In this document: positions 10,696 through 22,278 of the stretch, one piece after another
Layout of the letters: the number at the start of each line of letters is the position of its first letter
Position numbering within the stretch: position 1 is the stretch's first letter
Origin: Catajapyx aquilonaris
Lineage: Eukaryota
Assembly (NCBI GenBank): GCA_000934665.2
Contig: KZ538015.1
Span: 124,001 to 158,059, forward strand
Reading direction: 5' to 3'
DNA: 34,059 bases
Made by a program: the position numbers and the translations under genes
The notes under the pieces: model-generated
Databases searched by the model: none
What the model saw: the letters and a program-made list of their open reading frames with translations, nothing else
What the model was told of the DNA's origin: nothing

Positions 10696-13600
10696 GCAGT
10701 TAAACTCTTCACACTTTTTTATCCTTTTTTTTTTTTTGAAACGAAAACTTAGTAGGTGGTGGTAGGGAAGAAAAAGTTTCCTAAGTTTGTCATTGTTTTT
10801 CTTCCCCCCAATTTTTGTAGCGAACTGTAGTGTGGACCCTGGTGGATGCAAGAGGATCCAAGGCAATTCCTTTTGCATTGCTCACTGGTCTTTTGCACCT
10901 GTTCCCAGCATGCGAAGTTCTCAAAGAAAGTGACCCCCCCTTCTTTTTTTGTACAATTTTTTTTTACACACAAAAAAACACTGCGGGAAAATTTATCTCA
11001 GGACATCTCTTGTGGTTGTGATAATGACGTGTGCGAATAGCACTCTTTTTTTTTCATTTAGGGTTGCTATTTTGATTTTTCCAACTGGCGCCCCGATTTA
11101 CAATGGACTATTTTAAGTGCTGGATTTCAAGATATTTTTAAACAAAATGTACATTGTTTTTGCCAAACTTGTGCGGTGGTCACAGCTTTTTTGAAGGAAA
11201 AAAAAAAGAAACGAGTGGCCAATGTTCCTCCCCCTCCATTATTTGTAATACTTGACAAAAAAATATGAAAAGTACTCAATGGAATGCTTTTGACTTCTTT
11301 TTTTTTTATGGGAGTAAAATTTTCAACACTGTAAATATTGGCCTTTTTTGTGGTTGATTGATTGCTCGAATTATTCGGTGCCCTCTGAAAGTGTAATTGA
11401 AATAATCACTCGATCAAATTCAAATTGGCAATACTGTTAGTCACGAACAAATTTTGCAATACGGTTTAATAGCTATTGGATTTGTACGCGATGAAGATAT
11501 GGAGGTTTATTATTATTATTATCATTTTTCTGAGTAATGTGGTCTACATATATTAAGGTGCTACAGTCAATTTCAGACATATTTTAGGATTAAGCTTTCA
11601 TGTCTCTAATGGTCGGTTTAAAAAAATTAATTTCAGTGTAATTTTTGCAACCATGCCATGCTTTCTTACCAAAATGAATCGAAATAGGTTACGTGAAGAT
11701 TTTGACTCCAGGATTACAATACACGTACTCATGTTGGTAAAGAATAACGATATTATGCTTGTGGTTTCTTCCAATGTGGCCTTTTCGCTCAAATTTGGTC
11801 AGTCTGGAGCATGATCCAAGTGTACTTGCAAAAAAAAACTTTCTATCAAGTAGTTGGTCTTCCATTTTCCATTTTTTAGTTGCAATTATTTCGTATCAGA
11901 TTGGAAAGTGTGAGGCTATTTTGAACAAAATATGAATGCGTAGAAAGAGTACATACACCACTTTGCATGTACTCCCTGCAATTTTTTTTGTTTAAATTTA
12001 AAAAAAAAGAAAGAATGTTATTTAATTTGCGTTTGTTTGTCAAGTAGAAACTGACCAGTCATTTTTTTGTTGCAGGTGGCCATTAAAATGCAAGAATTTG
12101 CATAGGCAACGGCCAAGTGACAGGTTTTAAGTGATTTAAAGAGTGGCCTTAACACATGATGTGTTCCAGGTGGTTAGGATTTTTTTAAAAAACGAATGGG
12201 GGGGAAAAGAAAGTGTGTAAATGGACTCAACGTTGAAGAACAGTCGTACTTCAGAACGCATCTCCTAAGTGGCATTACAGGAATTTTCTTACGGGTTAGC
12301 ATTTGAGTTCAGTTGCCAATTAACGAAGCCTCTCGGAAGCATGTGCGAATGGATTCTGCCACACTCCAATAATTTTTTTGGTGTAATGAATAACTGTTTT
12401 TTTGTCAGGCATGGATGTATGCCCAAGCCGTTGGCGTAAATGTTTCAGAATGATTGGTTGTCCCACCAGTTATTGATATAAATGAATAATAGTGTCACAC
12501 ATGGGCATGAATTGGAAAACTGATGAGCCGCCTGAATTAAAAGACGTTGCTTTTGGATGTGCTTCACATTTTTTTTTTTTTAAAGAAAAAAAGACTGTAA
12601 TTCAAAATGCTCAATGTGGTGTATAATAGTGCTGGGAATGAATTTTTTCTGCGGTTTACACATACTGTGAAATAGTCAACATGTATTACTTCTTTTTTTA
12701 TGTTGCATGCCATATGTGCACCTTTTTTTTTTTTTTTTTTGCAGGATGTGTGGTTTACCTGTTCAGTATATGTTTAAAGACAAAATGTTGTTGAATCAGG
12801 ACCAAATGCCCCGCGTCTCGGTTTGGAAACTCTCGCAGTGTCTACGTCAAGTTTAAGCTTAAGCAAATGTGATAAAAAATAATAATAATTTCGTTGTCAA
12901 GTGTTTTGCTTGGACTGACTTAGATCGCTGGATAAAAATTCTTCAAAATTCCTATTGAAAATATTTGTTTGCAAATGTGGAAGAAAAACAAATCTTTTCA
13001 CGCCTGATGTGTGCGAGCAGAGCAGTTGTGTTTCTATATACATGAAGAAAAGAAAAAAAAAAGGCTGCTAGTTTTTTGAATGCGATGTTTTTTGGCCACT
13101 TGGAGGATCAACTCATTGCAGTGTTACTGGTGTCTAGTTCATTTCTTAACTTGGTCATCCTACTGATGCATTCCGTTGAGTGCTTGACAGTGGTGTTGAA
13201 AAAAAAAATGACGATTTTCAACTGTACAGGAGTTTGTGATAATAAATATAATGCTCCGTGAACAACGTGTTATGATCTGCTCAAACGACACATTACAGGT
13301 GTGGGAGTGGGTTGGGACGTGTTTCCAACATTTGAGACCCTGTCGGATTCATAATTCTGATCCCCAACGTTTGTTTAGTTTTAAGGTTACGCATCTTCAA
13401 TTATTCAACCGAAATCATACGCTTTGGAATGTCACATTTGAAGTGACAGTTTTATTGCTTCCGCCTCACGAGATTTTAGAAGATTGCTGACGATGTAAAA
13501 TTGCAGGAAATTTTTCTCTTCCATCCGAGTGGGACCTGTCAAAAGATGAAACGTATTGCATTTTGTTACTGCAAACAAGGACGTCACATGTACGCTGCGT

Positions 13601-13727
13601 TATACGGCTGTACATTTTGAAATATTCTTAACGATAATGAGCTGTGTCATATCTTACATATTTCACGATGAGACATGCACTCATGTTTGTCGTGTGGTTT
13701 CCCTCGATCTTGTTCCGTCAAGTGACG

Positions 13728-14012
13728 TCACTTACAGCACTGTTGCTTTACGTAAACATACAGCTCTATTGAGAGACTGACGAGTTGCGTGCTCACCCAG
13801 GCTAAGAAGAGGCTTTTGAGGACTTCGAATTCAGTTTTTTCGTAGACAGCGACAGCCAGGCTGAAGCAGTACCACAGGAAGAGGGATACTGTTGCTGCCA
13901 CCAAGATGGTGGCGAAGACCATGAGAATCGCAGTAATTACCCTGCAAGGGAATAGAGACCGCTGCAATTATCATCACTAATGCGAATGATTTAAGATGTA
14001 CCAGTTCGCCAT
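13728..14012 (-). CDS. Small membrane protein H (74 aa, about 2 TM; possibly 106 aa with a third exon 13535-13432)
   Basis: Exons 14012-14002 and 13941-13728, joined by a 60-nt GT-AG intron, give MANWVITAILMVFATILVAATVSLFLWYCFSLAVAVYEKTEFEVLKSLFLAWVSTQLVSLSIELYVYVKQQCCK*. A donor T|GTAAGT at 13735 joins in frame to the acceptor at 13536 (...CPTRMEEKNFLQ...LQM*), with AATAAA at ~13451-13456. No recognised family. Confidence 0.55.
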
Positions 14013-14180
14013 GATAATTTTGAACAATCGGTTGAGCTGTTGACTAATGTTACCATGCACATCGCCTGGCAATGGTTCATGGACAATTTACTGACTACTG
14101 TTGGACTTTGGGCTATGTGGCACATACTTAAATTAATCGACATGCAATTTTCTAAGTAACCGTCTCGTTTCGTGCTGTGC

Positions 14181-14503
14181 TCAACCTTCGGCTACTGTAG
14201 ATTTTTCCGATGCCTCCATGACGGTGAAGGCAACATGTAGGCATACGTAAGCAGTTGTCAGCAATAAAAAGATGAGGTGGTTATGATCCCACCCAGGCGC
14301 CATCCACTCATCGTACAGGCAGATGACCGTAACGGTGAAAGAAATGGCAAAGTAGCAGATGGGAAGGAGCATGTCAAGCGATATTGCTGCAAGAGAAGGG
14401 CAGATATTTTCGTATTAACAAGGTTTAATTTGCGAGGAATATTATTCTTACCTGTATGACCTAAATGACTTGCTGACTCACCAGGCTGGAAACAGTTTGC
14501 CAT
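14181..14503 (-). CDS. Small 2-TM membrane protein G (63-75 aa)
   Basis: The exon starts at acceptor CTCTTGCAG| (14386) and encodes MLLPICYFAISFTVTVICLYDEWMAPGWDHNHLIFLLLTTAYVCLHVAFTVMEASEKSTVAEG* from ATG 14372. An upstream ATG at 14503 is in frame via donors at 14481 (GTGAGT) or 14451 (GTAAGA), giving MANCFQP|AISLD. It is similar to exon 2 of ORF A. Confidence 0.6.
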
Positions 14504-14525
14504 TCCGTTTATCTGCTGCTGTAGG

Positions 14526-14714
14526 TCAGGACATGATGAAGTTGGTGGGAGGCATCCCGATTGCAAAGGAAATCCCCACAATTACTATTACAAGGCTTAA
14601 TATGTCGTGCGCGATAACCTCAAAGGGTGCAGACCAATTTCTCAAATCACCGACTAGCAGCCAGCCTGATAAAATCATGCACATGGCGAATATGATCAAA
14701 AAGACAATGTCCAT
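14526..14714 (-). CDS. Small 2-TM membrane protein F (62 aa)
   Basis: MDIVFLIIFAMCMILSGWLLVGDLRNWSAPFEVIAHDILSLVIVIVGISFAIGMPPTNFIMS*. The ATG lies 14 nt after a strong acceptor (68-nt intron 14796-14729, GTATGC...TTTTGCAG). The upstream exon has an in-frame stop. Confidence 0.6.
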   Translation of the reverse strand: MDIVFLIIFAMCMILSGWLLVGDLRNWSAPFEVIAHDILSLVIVIVGISFAIGMPPTNFIMS

Positions 14715-15156
14715 GCAAACTGGTGCGACTGCAAAAGAAAAGAAAAAAAGTATCATTATCCTAATTAACACAAATTGGAAGGAGGTGCAAGCATACCTGC
14801 TATTACTCGGAATATACGTTAGCTTGGTGACAGTGCATCATAACTTGTACGTAGTCACCTCCGTCTTTGGCTGCGATTCTACAGCAATTTCACATGACTT
14901 GCTGTACAGTACTGCAAAATTTTATCAACTTGAAGCATTTTTTTTTTCCTTCCAATTTCAGTATTTGTATCCAGGTTTCTATGGTTTTGGTACCAAATTG
15001 TCAAACTTGCGATGAGCCCATTCAGATAATTTTGGCATGAATCACGTTTCCATTTCCTACCCGAGGTTTTCACATCCGATGGTAAATTCAATTTTTATTG
15101 CTCTGACATAACTTTGGAAGTCACTAAGAAAGAAGTAGTTTGTACGACACTTTTTA

Positions 15157-15643
15157 TTATGTTGCGACTGATCTTCTGCGCACCCTCCGTGGACGACGTA
15201 ATTTGAAGAAGGATGTATTTTCTGAGATGAAAACTATGCCAAAGAATGCGTATGCGATGCTACAGCAGATCAGGAAGTAGAGTTCCGCAGCGAAAGGGCA
15301 AGCTCTAGGCTTGTACCACTCGCCATAGATGCTAATGCAGAGGAAGGATAGTCCAGCCAAGTAGCCAAACAGATATGTGAGATCCGGAAAAATTGGCTGC
15401 AAGGAAAGGTGTGTGAGTCGGGGTTTATTGTGAAGTGGCAGAGAATGAACTCACATTTGTAACCAACTTGCTGATTTGGAACGAAACAAGGGCAGCACTC
15501 CACATCACTAAGAATATACTAGCTGCTAGAGTCTGAACGGGTTCAGGTGCTCGAGGTTCGCAGCCGAACAGAATGAGAGCCAGGATGTAGCATAGTCCAA
15601 TAAGCATGAGCGTAGATATGGTTAATGGGATCAGATGGTACAT
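15157..15643 (-). CDS. Small 4-TM membrane protein A (142 aa, 2 exons, basic C-terminal tail)
   Basis: Exons 15643-15455 and 15396-15157 are joined by a 58-nt phase-0 GTGAGT...TTGCAG intron. There are four hydrophobic segments and the tail KLRRPRRVRRRSVAT. AATAAA overlaps the stop, and another lies at ~15094-15099. Confidence 0.68.
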
Positions 15644-15722
15644 TGTGATGGGAAAGGATGCTGAAAAATAGATGTATGAACCGTCTCAGTATCGCTGACG
15701 TCTGGATTTAAAAAACACTCAC

Positions 15723-15965
15723 CTATGAGTCCAGGAATGCTGCATCCATCCTGCGGAATTCCGACTCATAGTGGTCGTACTGGCTTATGCGACGTTGGCC
15801 AATTGACATAGTTTCGGTCATTTCTTTCATCGCAAAGATAACACCCAAGACTCCTGTCAGAATGCTGATGTATATCACTGCATCGGGATTGTCCCACATG
15901 CTAAAGAGCAAGGTACCAGACAGGCCCAAAAGAGCGACGGATCCACCAAGCAAGTAACGCTCCAT
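15723..15965 (-). CDS. Small 2-TM membrane protein B (80 aa)
   Basis: MERYLLGGSVALLGLSGTLLFSMWDNPDAVIYISILTGVLGVIFAMKEMTETMSIGQRRISQYDHYESEFRRMDAAFLDS*. The ATG has a good context (GCAATGG) 19 nt after acceptor TTTGCAG|. The TAG is followed immediately by donor GTGAGT. Confidence 0.65.
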   Translation of the reverse strand: MERYLLGGSVALLGLSGTLLFSMWDNPDAVIYISILTGVLGVIFAMKEMTETMSIGQRRISQYDHYESEFRRMDAAFLDS

Positions 15966-16163
15966 TGCGGATAAGCACCGAGTGCTGCAAAGCAAATGAG
16001 AAAAATTACAGTTTAGCAGAAGGACTTTAAAAAGAAAAGTACTTGCCTGATTTCACTTTCTGAATTTTATGACTTGTTGAAATATTTGGTTGTTACTATA
16101 GGTACGTAATCTGACAATGAAGTTGTGTGACTTGCTCTCGTTACAAGTCACAGGTGCTCAAGT

Positions 16164-16352
16164 CTACAGTGCATAATATTCAATAATGCATCCACCTAGG
16201 AAAAGAGCAAGTCCAATGGAGATGCAAGTGAAGCCGCAGCAGAAGCTATTAGCTGACGTGTTGGGGCTCGGATGATGCCATGATGTGGAAACGACCATGG
16301 ACCAGCAGGTTAGAAGGGCTGTGGCTGTGTACAGAGCTGCTACAGGTCCCAT
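16164..16352 (-). CDS. Small 2-TM membrane protein C (62 aa)
   Basis: MGPVAALYTATALLTCWSMVVSTSWHHPSPNTSANSFCCGFTCISIGLALFLGGCIIEYYAL*. The ATG is 8 or 16 nt after tandem AG acceptors (16361, 16369). An in-frame TGA lies two codons upstream of the ATG. Confidence 0.55.
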   Translation of the reverse strand: MGPVAALYTATALLTCWSMVVSTSWHHPSPNTSANSFCCGFTCISIGLALFLGGCIIEYYAL

Positions 16353-16441
16353 GAATCAGGCTAATAAACTAAGGAGAAACGACATGAAAGTGTAACGCAA
16401 GCAGCACATGATAAGTTTCTCACCTGCTGCGTCTGAAGTAG

Positions 16442-16612
16442 TCATGTGGCAGTGACCCTACTTGCCCCCATCCCAGTTGCCCACATCAGAAAAAGCATGA
16501 ACGTAATGATGTTTGTATTGGTTGCAACGTCGCACCAATTTTGTGCCAAGAACATGAAGCTTCTAATCACCCCAATTACATACAAAAATGTAATGATGGG
16601 TGCGGGTGCCAT
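16442..16612 (-). CDS. Small 2-TM membrane protein D (56 aa; below the ORF-track cutoff)
   Basis: MAPAPIITFLYVIGVIRSFMFLAQNWCDVATNTNIITFMLFLMWATGMGASRVTAT*. The ATG is 11 nt after acceptor TTTCAG| (62-nt intron 16685-16624). The stop is 18 nt before donor CAG|GTGAGA at 16423. Confidence 0.55.
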   Translation of the reverse strand: MAPAPIITFLYVIGVIRSFMFLAQNWCDVATNTNIITFMLFLMWATGMGASRVTAT

Positions 16613-16828
16613 GAAATATCACACTGAAATGAAAGTAATATTAATATTGGACCGTAACTTATCAGAATGAGTGCAGGTTGTTCACCTGTGAATTTATAAG
16701 ACTTGTTTACACGGATCACATCACCGGGCAATGATTATTGTTGAAAGTATTGGCTCGTTATGTGAACTTGTTTAATAGCTTGGGTGAAACTACACTAATT
16801 ACATAACACAATATATGTAGCGTTCTGA

Positions 16829-17131
16829 CTACTCTTTGGAGCTTTCCTTTGCTTTCTTCGACTTCTCCCCGATGACCTGGTCCACCATTTCGATGGCCTT
16901 CTTGGCTGGCATCTTTGACAGCACAGCCTTCAGGTCGTCCATGACCACAGTGTCCTCACCAGTCGGAGTGGTGTATGCAGCCATGATCAGATCTTCCAGG
17001 CAGTTGAACTCCTCAGGTTTGAAGCGGCCTGAATTCTCCAGGTTGTGCATCAGCTCCACGTAGACCTCACGGGTAGTCCGGCGATGGCACTTCTTCCTTG
17101 GCTTCTTCCAGAAGGAAAGGAGGGATCCCAT
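16829..17131 (-). CDS. Uncharacterised 100-aa protein E with N-myristoylation motif and polybasic patch
   Basis: MGSLLSFWKKPRKK fits MGxxxS plus a basic cluster. The ORF is clean and GC3-rich like the conserved genes, against AT-rich flanks. An acceptor CCAACAG| sits 1 nt before the ATG. Confidence 0.72.
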   Translation of the reverse strand: MGSLLSFWKKPRKKCHRRTTREVYVELMHNLENSGRFKPEEFNCLEDLIMAAYTTPTGEDTVVMDDLKAVLSKMPAKKAIEMVDQVIGEKSKKAKESSKE

Positions 17132-17555
17132 ACTGTTGGATCAAACTTATTAATTACTGTATTAAATTGGAGGTAAATATACTTGATAAAAGCTTGAAAC
17201 ATTTCCACAAACCTTTTTTTTTCTCTTCAAGTGTGATTGGCCTCAAAGTCTGACGATCAAACACGGAATGAACTGCTTGTCTTTCGTCCACTGCAAATTC
17301 GACGTGTCTTTAACACAATTAAAAGATGATAAGCCTGCTGCGAATTCCAAACAAGCTCGTTACTAACCGGAGTTTAAAAAAATGATGGAACAATCGTCAA
17401 ACTGGGATTCAAATATTGGCGCCATCCTTGAAATAATTACTGGCACAGGATTTTTTGAGTTTTTAATACCTTAATTAATTAATTTTTAATTAGTAGCACT
17501 TAATGTGACAGTGCTATGATATTGTGATTATTATTAAATTCGAATTTACTGTGCA

Positions 17556-17626
17556 TGACGTCATGTTCCACAAATAGGACGTCATGATTTGTAGTGACGT
17601 CATGATCCATCATATATGTGACGTCA
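17556..17626. promoter_or_regulatory. Cluster of CRE (CREB/ATF) palindromes
   Basis: TGACGTCA at 17556, 17595 and 17619, plus GGACGTCA at 17577. The cluster lies in the divergent intergenic region between ORF E and V-ATPase B. Confidence 0.45.
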
Positions 17627-18199
17627 TAGACCGGGTGCGTTTTTGAAAGTAATTTAAGTAGATTTTACAAAACTATTCATGAATTAGTCAGTGATTATAT
17701 TTTGTAATTAGCAACAAAATGCTGGTGACTCGTAATCAGTGACTAGAAAGTGTCATGTGACTAAAATGTGACGCACCCAATCGATCACGCGGTGTCACCA
17801 AGCAGCTGCTAACTAATAGCAGCTATCGCAATTGCCATCACTCTTATTGCTCTATAACGCGACATGTGATTACATTTCGAGTGCAATATGTATTTAGGGA
17901 TGTTAAACGCGCAATTAGAACATAATTATGCATTATTAACGTAGATATGTGCACAAACCGCCCCAGCTTACTTCGACATGTTATTGCTACCTGCTATTTG
18001 CAAATTAAGCAGCCATTCAGTAATTTGCTGCATATCTGCACTAATTTTGCGCAACATTTGCATTACACCGTCGCCTCCCACATTATGCGACATATTTATG
18101 ACTTTTATTTTGCACATTTCACCTTTATTGTTGCAAAAATGACCCATAAATGCTGATGTAGCTGATATAGCCACTTTTAAATAACAGCTATTCTGCAGA

Positions 18200-18350
18200 G
18201 TTTACACCTGCTATGGATGCACTCAACCTTCGTTTCAATTGGTTCGTAATGGAAATTGCTGCATCGTGATTGGTCGGTGGTTCCATATCCGGGTTGTGCA
18301 GCTCGCGATCATAATCCGGGACGCATGCGCATTGTGATCCTGTCACGTGA
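18200..18350 (+). promoter_or_regulatory. V-ATPase B proximal promoter with CLEAR/M-box-like element
   Basis: GTCACGTGA at 18342-18350, NRF1-like CGCATGCGCA at 18322-18331, ATTGG at 18238 and 18269, and GTTTACAC at 18200. Confidence 0.6.
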
Positions 18351-18434
18351 GCCTGGGTGGTGTTATCCTCTCCACAGAAGAAAATTCTATTTCACTTTCT
18401 TCTAGTTCCATTCTCTAAAAATTTGTCGAACTAA

Positions 18435-20126
<1,692 letters not shown>

Positions 20127-20565
20127 AAGGAATGGTAACATCGCGAGAGAGTAGTAATTTGTAGGCAAACAATTTAAAAAAAAACAGAGAGAGGGACAAT
20201 CGTGGTTGCACTTTAAAAAGTCAGTATTTTGTGTTCTTGCGTATTTGTGGGGGTCGACATTCCAGTTGTTTCAGTGTATATAAGTGTGAGTGGGGACATG
20301 TAGAGAGAGAAAAAAAAAAAAGTATAATAATTATGATTTGGGTTTCAAAAGTGTCAAGATTTTGTGGTCCAAACGTTGTTATGTTGAAGAATGTAAAGTT
20401 GATTGTAGTGAATAAAGCGTTGAACTCGTGCGCCATTGTTTCATTGCCCGTACTACTTTGCTGGCATCTGGGAATGTGCAGTGTGCCATTTATCTTACCG
20501 TAATGTGAGGCATTTTTTTTTTGCTTCAGTAATAACATAATAAGCATCTATGTACTGGCAAAAAT

Positions 20566-20980
20566 TAATAAGCAGCTAGTATGTACCTACTGGAAATAAC
20601 ACAATAAGCTGCTATCTATTGGCAGAAAATAACAAGCAGCTATCTACTGACAAAATAATAAGCTGCTATCTATTGGCAGAAAATAACAAGCAGCTATCTA
20701 TTGACAGAAAATAACAAGCAGCTATCTACTGACAGAAAATAACAAGCAGCTATCTACTGACAAAATAATAAGCTGCTATCTATTGGCAGAAAATAACAAG
20801 CAGCTATCTATTGACAGAAAATAACAAGCAGCTATCTACTGACAGAAAATAACAAGCAGCTATCTACTGACAGAAAATAACAAGCAGCTATCTACTGACA
20901 GATAATAACAAGCAGCTACAATGTACCGACTGAATATAACAATAAGCGGCTACTGAGTGCCGACTGAATAATAAGCAGCT
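20566..20980. repeat. Minisatellite, 27-28 bp unit
   Basis: More than a dozen tandem copies of AAGCAGCTATCTA(C/T)TG(A/G)CAGAAAATAAC and the variant AAGCTGCTATCTATTGGCAG. The array degenerates at both ends. Confidence 0.95.
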
Positions 20981-21273
20981 TTTATTAGTGAATATGGGAC
21001 CAACTAACTCAGCAATAAGGAGTGAATGGTGAGTCATTTTTGCAGTGTGTTTACATGTTCCAGCGAACCTGGTGCTCATGTGTTGTCCGTCTGCGATTGG
21101 TCAATTTTGTATTAAGACATCATCTGATTGGTGTGTGCGTCCTGTTGGCAGCCTTCCTTTTGAACATTTGCACGTGTAAACCCTCCGCCATTGCTGCACT
21201 TTTCCAATCGTTCCATCTTTTCTGATCTCGCCGATTTTGATCCAATTTTTTCCAATTTTGGCAAGACGCAAAG

Positions 21274-22210
21274 ATGGTTCAAGCGTGGTACATGGACGAC
21301 TCTGATGCGGACCAGCGTCTGGAGCACAAGCTGGACCCGCCCGAGTACGTGGAAGTGGAGGAACTGAAGACTCTTTGCGGGGTCCTCTATTGGAAGGTAC
21401 ACACTTGTTTGGAATATTTTTTGTTGACGTGACGTCATTACATAAAAACATGCATGTATACATACATGTTCCTTACTCCCAGACCGAGAGGACAAGATGT
21501 TTAATTTTTCATGGAGGTTAGTGTGAGGTTGTTTCCGACAGATGTGCCACGATGCATATGTTCGATTGATCCCTTTCGTGTTGTTGCAGTTGGACGCAAA
21601 GACCTACAAGGAGGATGGCAAGTTGGAAGAGATAAAGAAGGAGCGGGGTTACACGTACGAGGATGTCTGCGAAGTGTCCAAGGAGAAGATGCCTGACTAT
21701 GAAGACAGGGTAAGCTTCCGGATTGCAGTTGGGACAAATCTTAACATAAAAATAGATTGTCGGTTGATTTCTTTTTGAAATACCGGTAAATGCAGTTATT
21801 GGCTTATGATTGCGATGCAAATGTGATTATTACCGCTTGCAGATCAAGATGTTTTTCGAGGAGCATCTCCACACGGATGAAGAGATCCGCTTCATCTTGG
21901 ATGGTTCCGGCTATTTTGATGTTCGTGACCGCAAGGACCGTTGGATTCGAATTTTGGTCGAACGTGGAGATCTGCTGATTGTCCCTGCTGGAATTTACCA
22001 TCGCTTCACCATGGATGTTAATGTGGGAACATAAAATTATTGTAAGCTGTACACCTGGCAGGAAACTGAAGATTGGATTCTACTTTCCAGAATTATGTGA
22101 AGGCAATGCGGCTGTTTGTTGGTGAACCTGTTTGGACGCCCCACAACCGTCCAGCAGACAACATACCAGCCAGGAAGGAGTATCTCGCCCAAATGGAGCG
22201 AGGATTCTAA
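21274..22210 (+). CDS. ADI1: Acireductone dioxygenase (ARD/ADI1), copy 1, 180 aa
   Basis: Exons 21274-21396, 21590-21709, 21843-22022 and 22091-22210. Motifs [50 protein letters not shown] and [24 protein letters not shown] is at 22615-22620. Confidence 0.97.
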
Positions 22211-22278
22211 GCACAATTGACTGAACCAGGCAATTCTGATGTATCCAAACCACAGTCTTATTTTGCTTTGGTCTGCTG

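Noticed and set aside
16424..16444. Stop-codon readthrough fusing ORF D to ORF C (TGA-CTA context)
   Set aside because: After splicing to either acceptor the frame does not match C, and C has an in-frame TGA two codons before its ATG.
20566..20980. CRISPR-like appearance of regularly spaced ~28-bp repeats (also 25611-25982)
   Set aside because: The units are contiguous with no unique spacers, there are no cas genes, and the context is an intron-containing eukaryotic genome. These are minisatellites.
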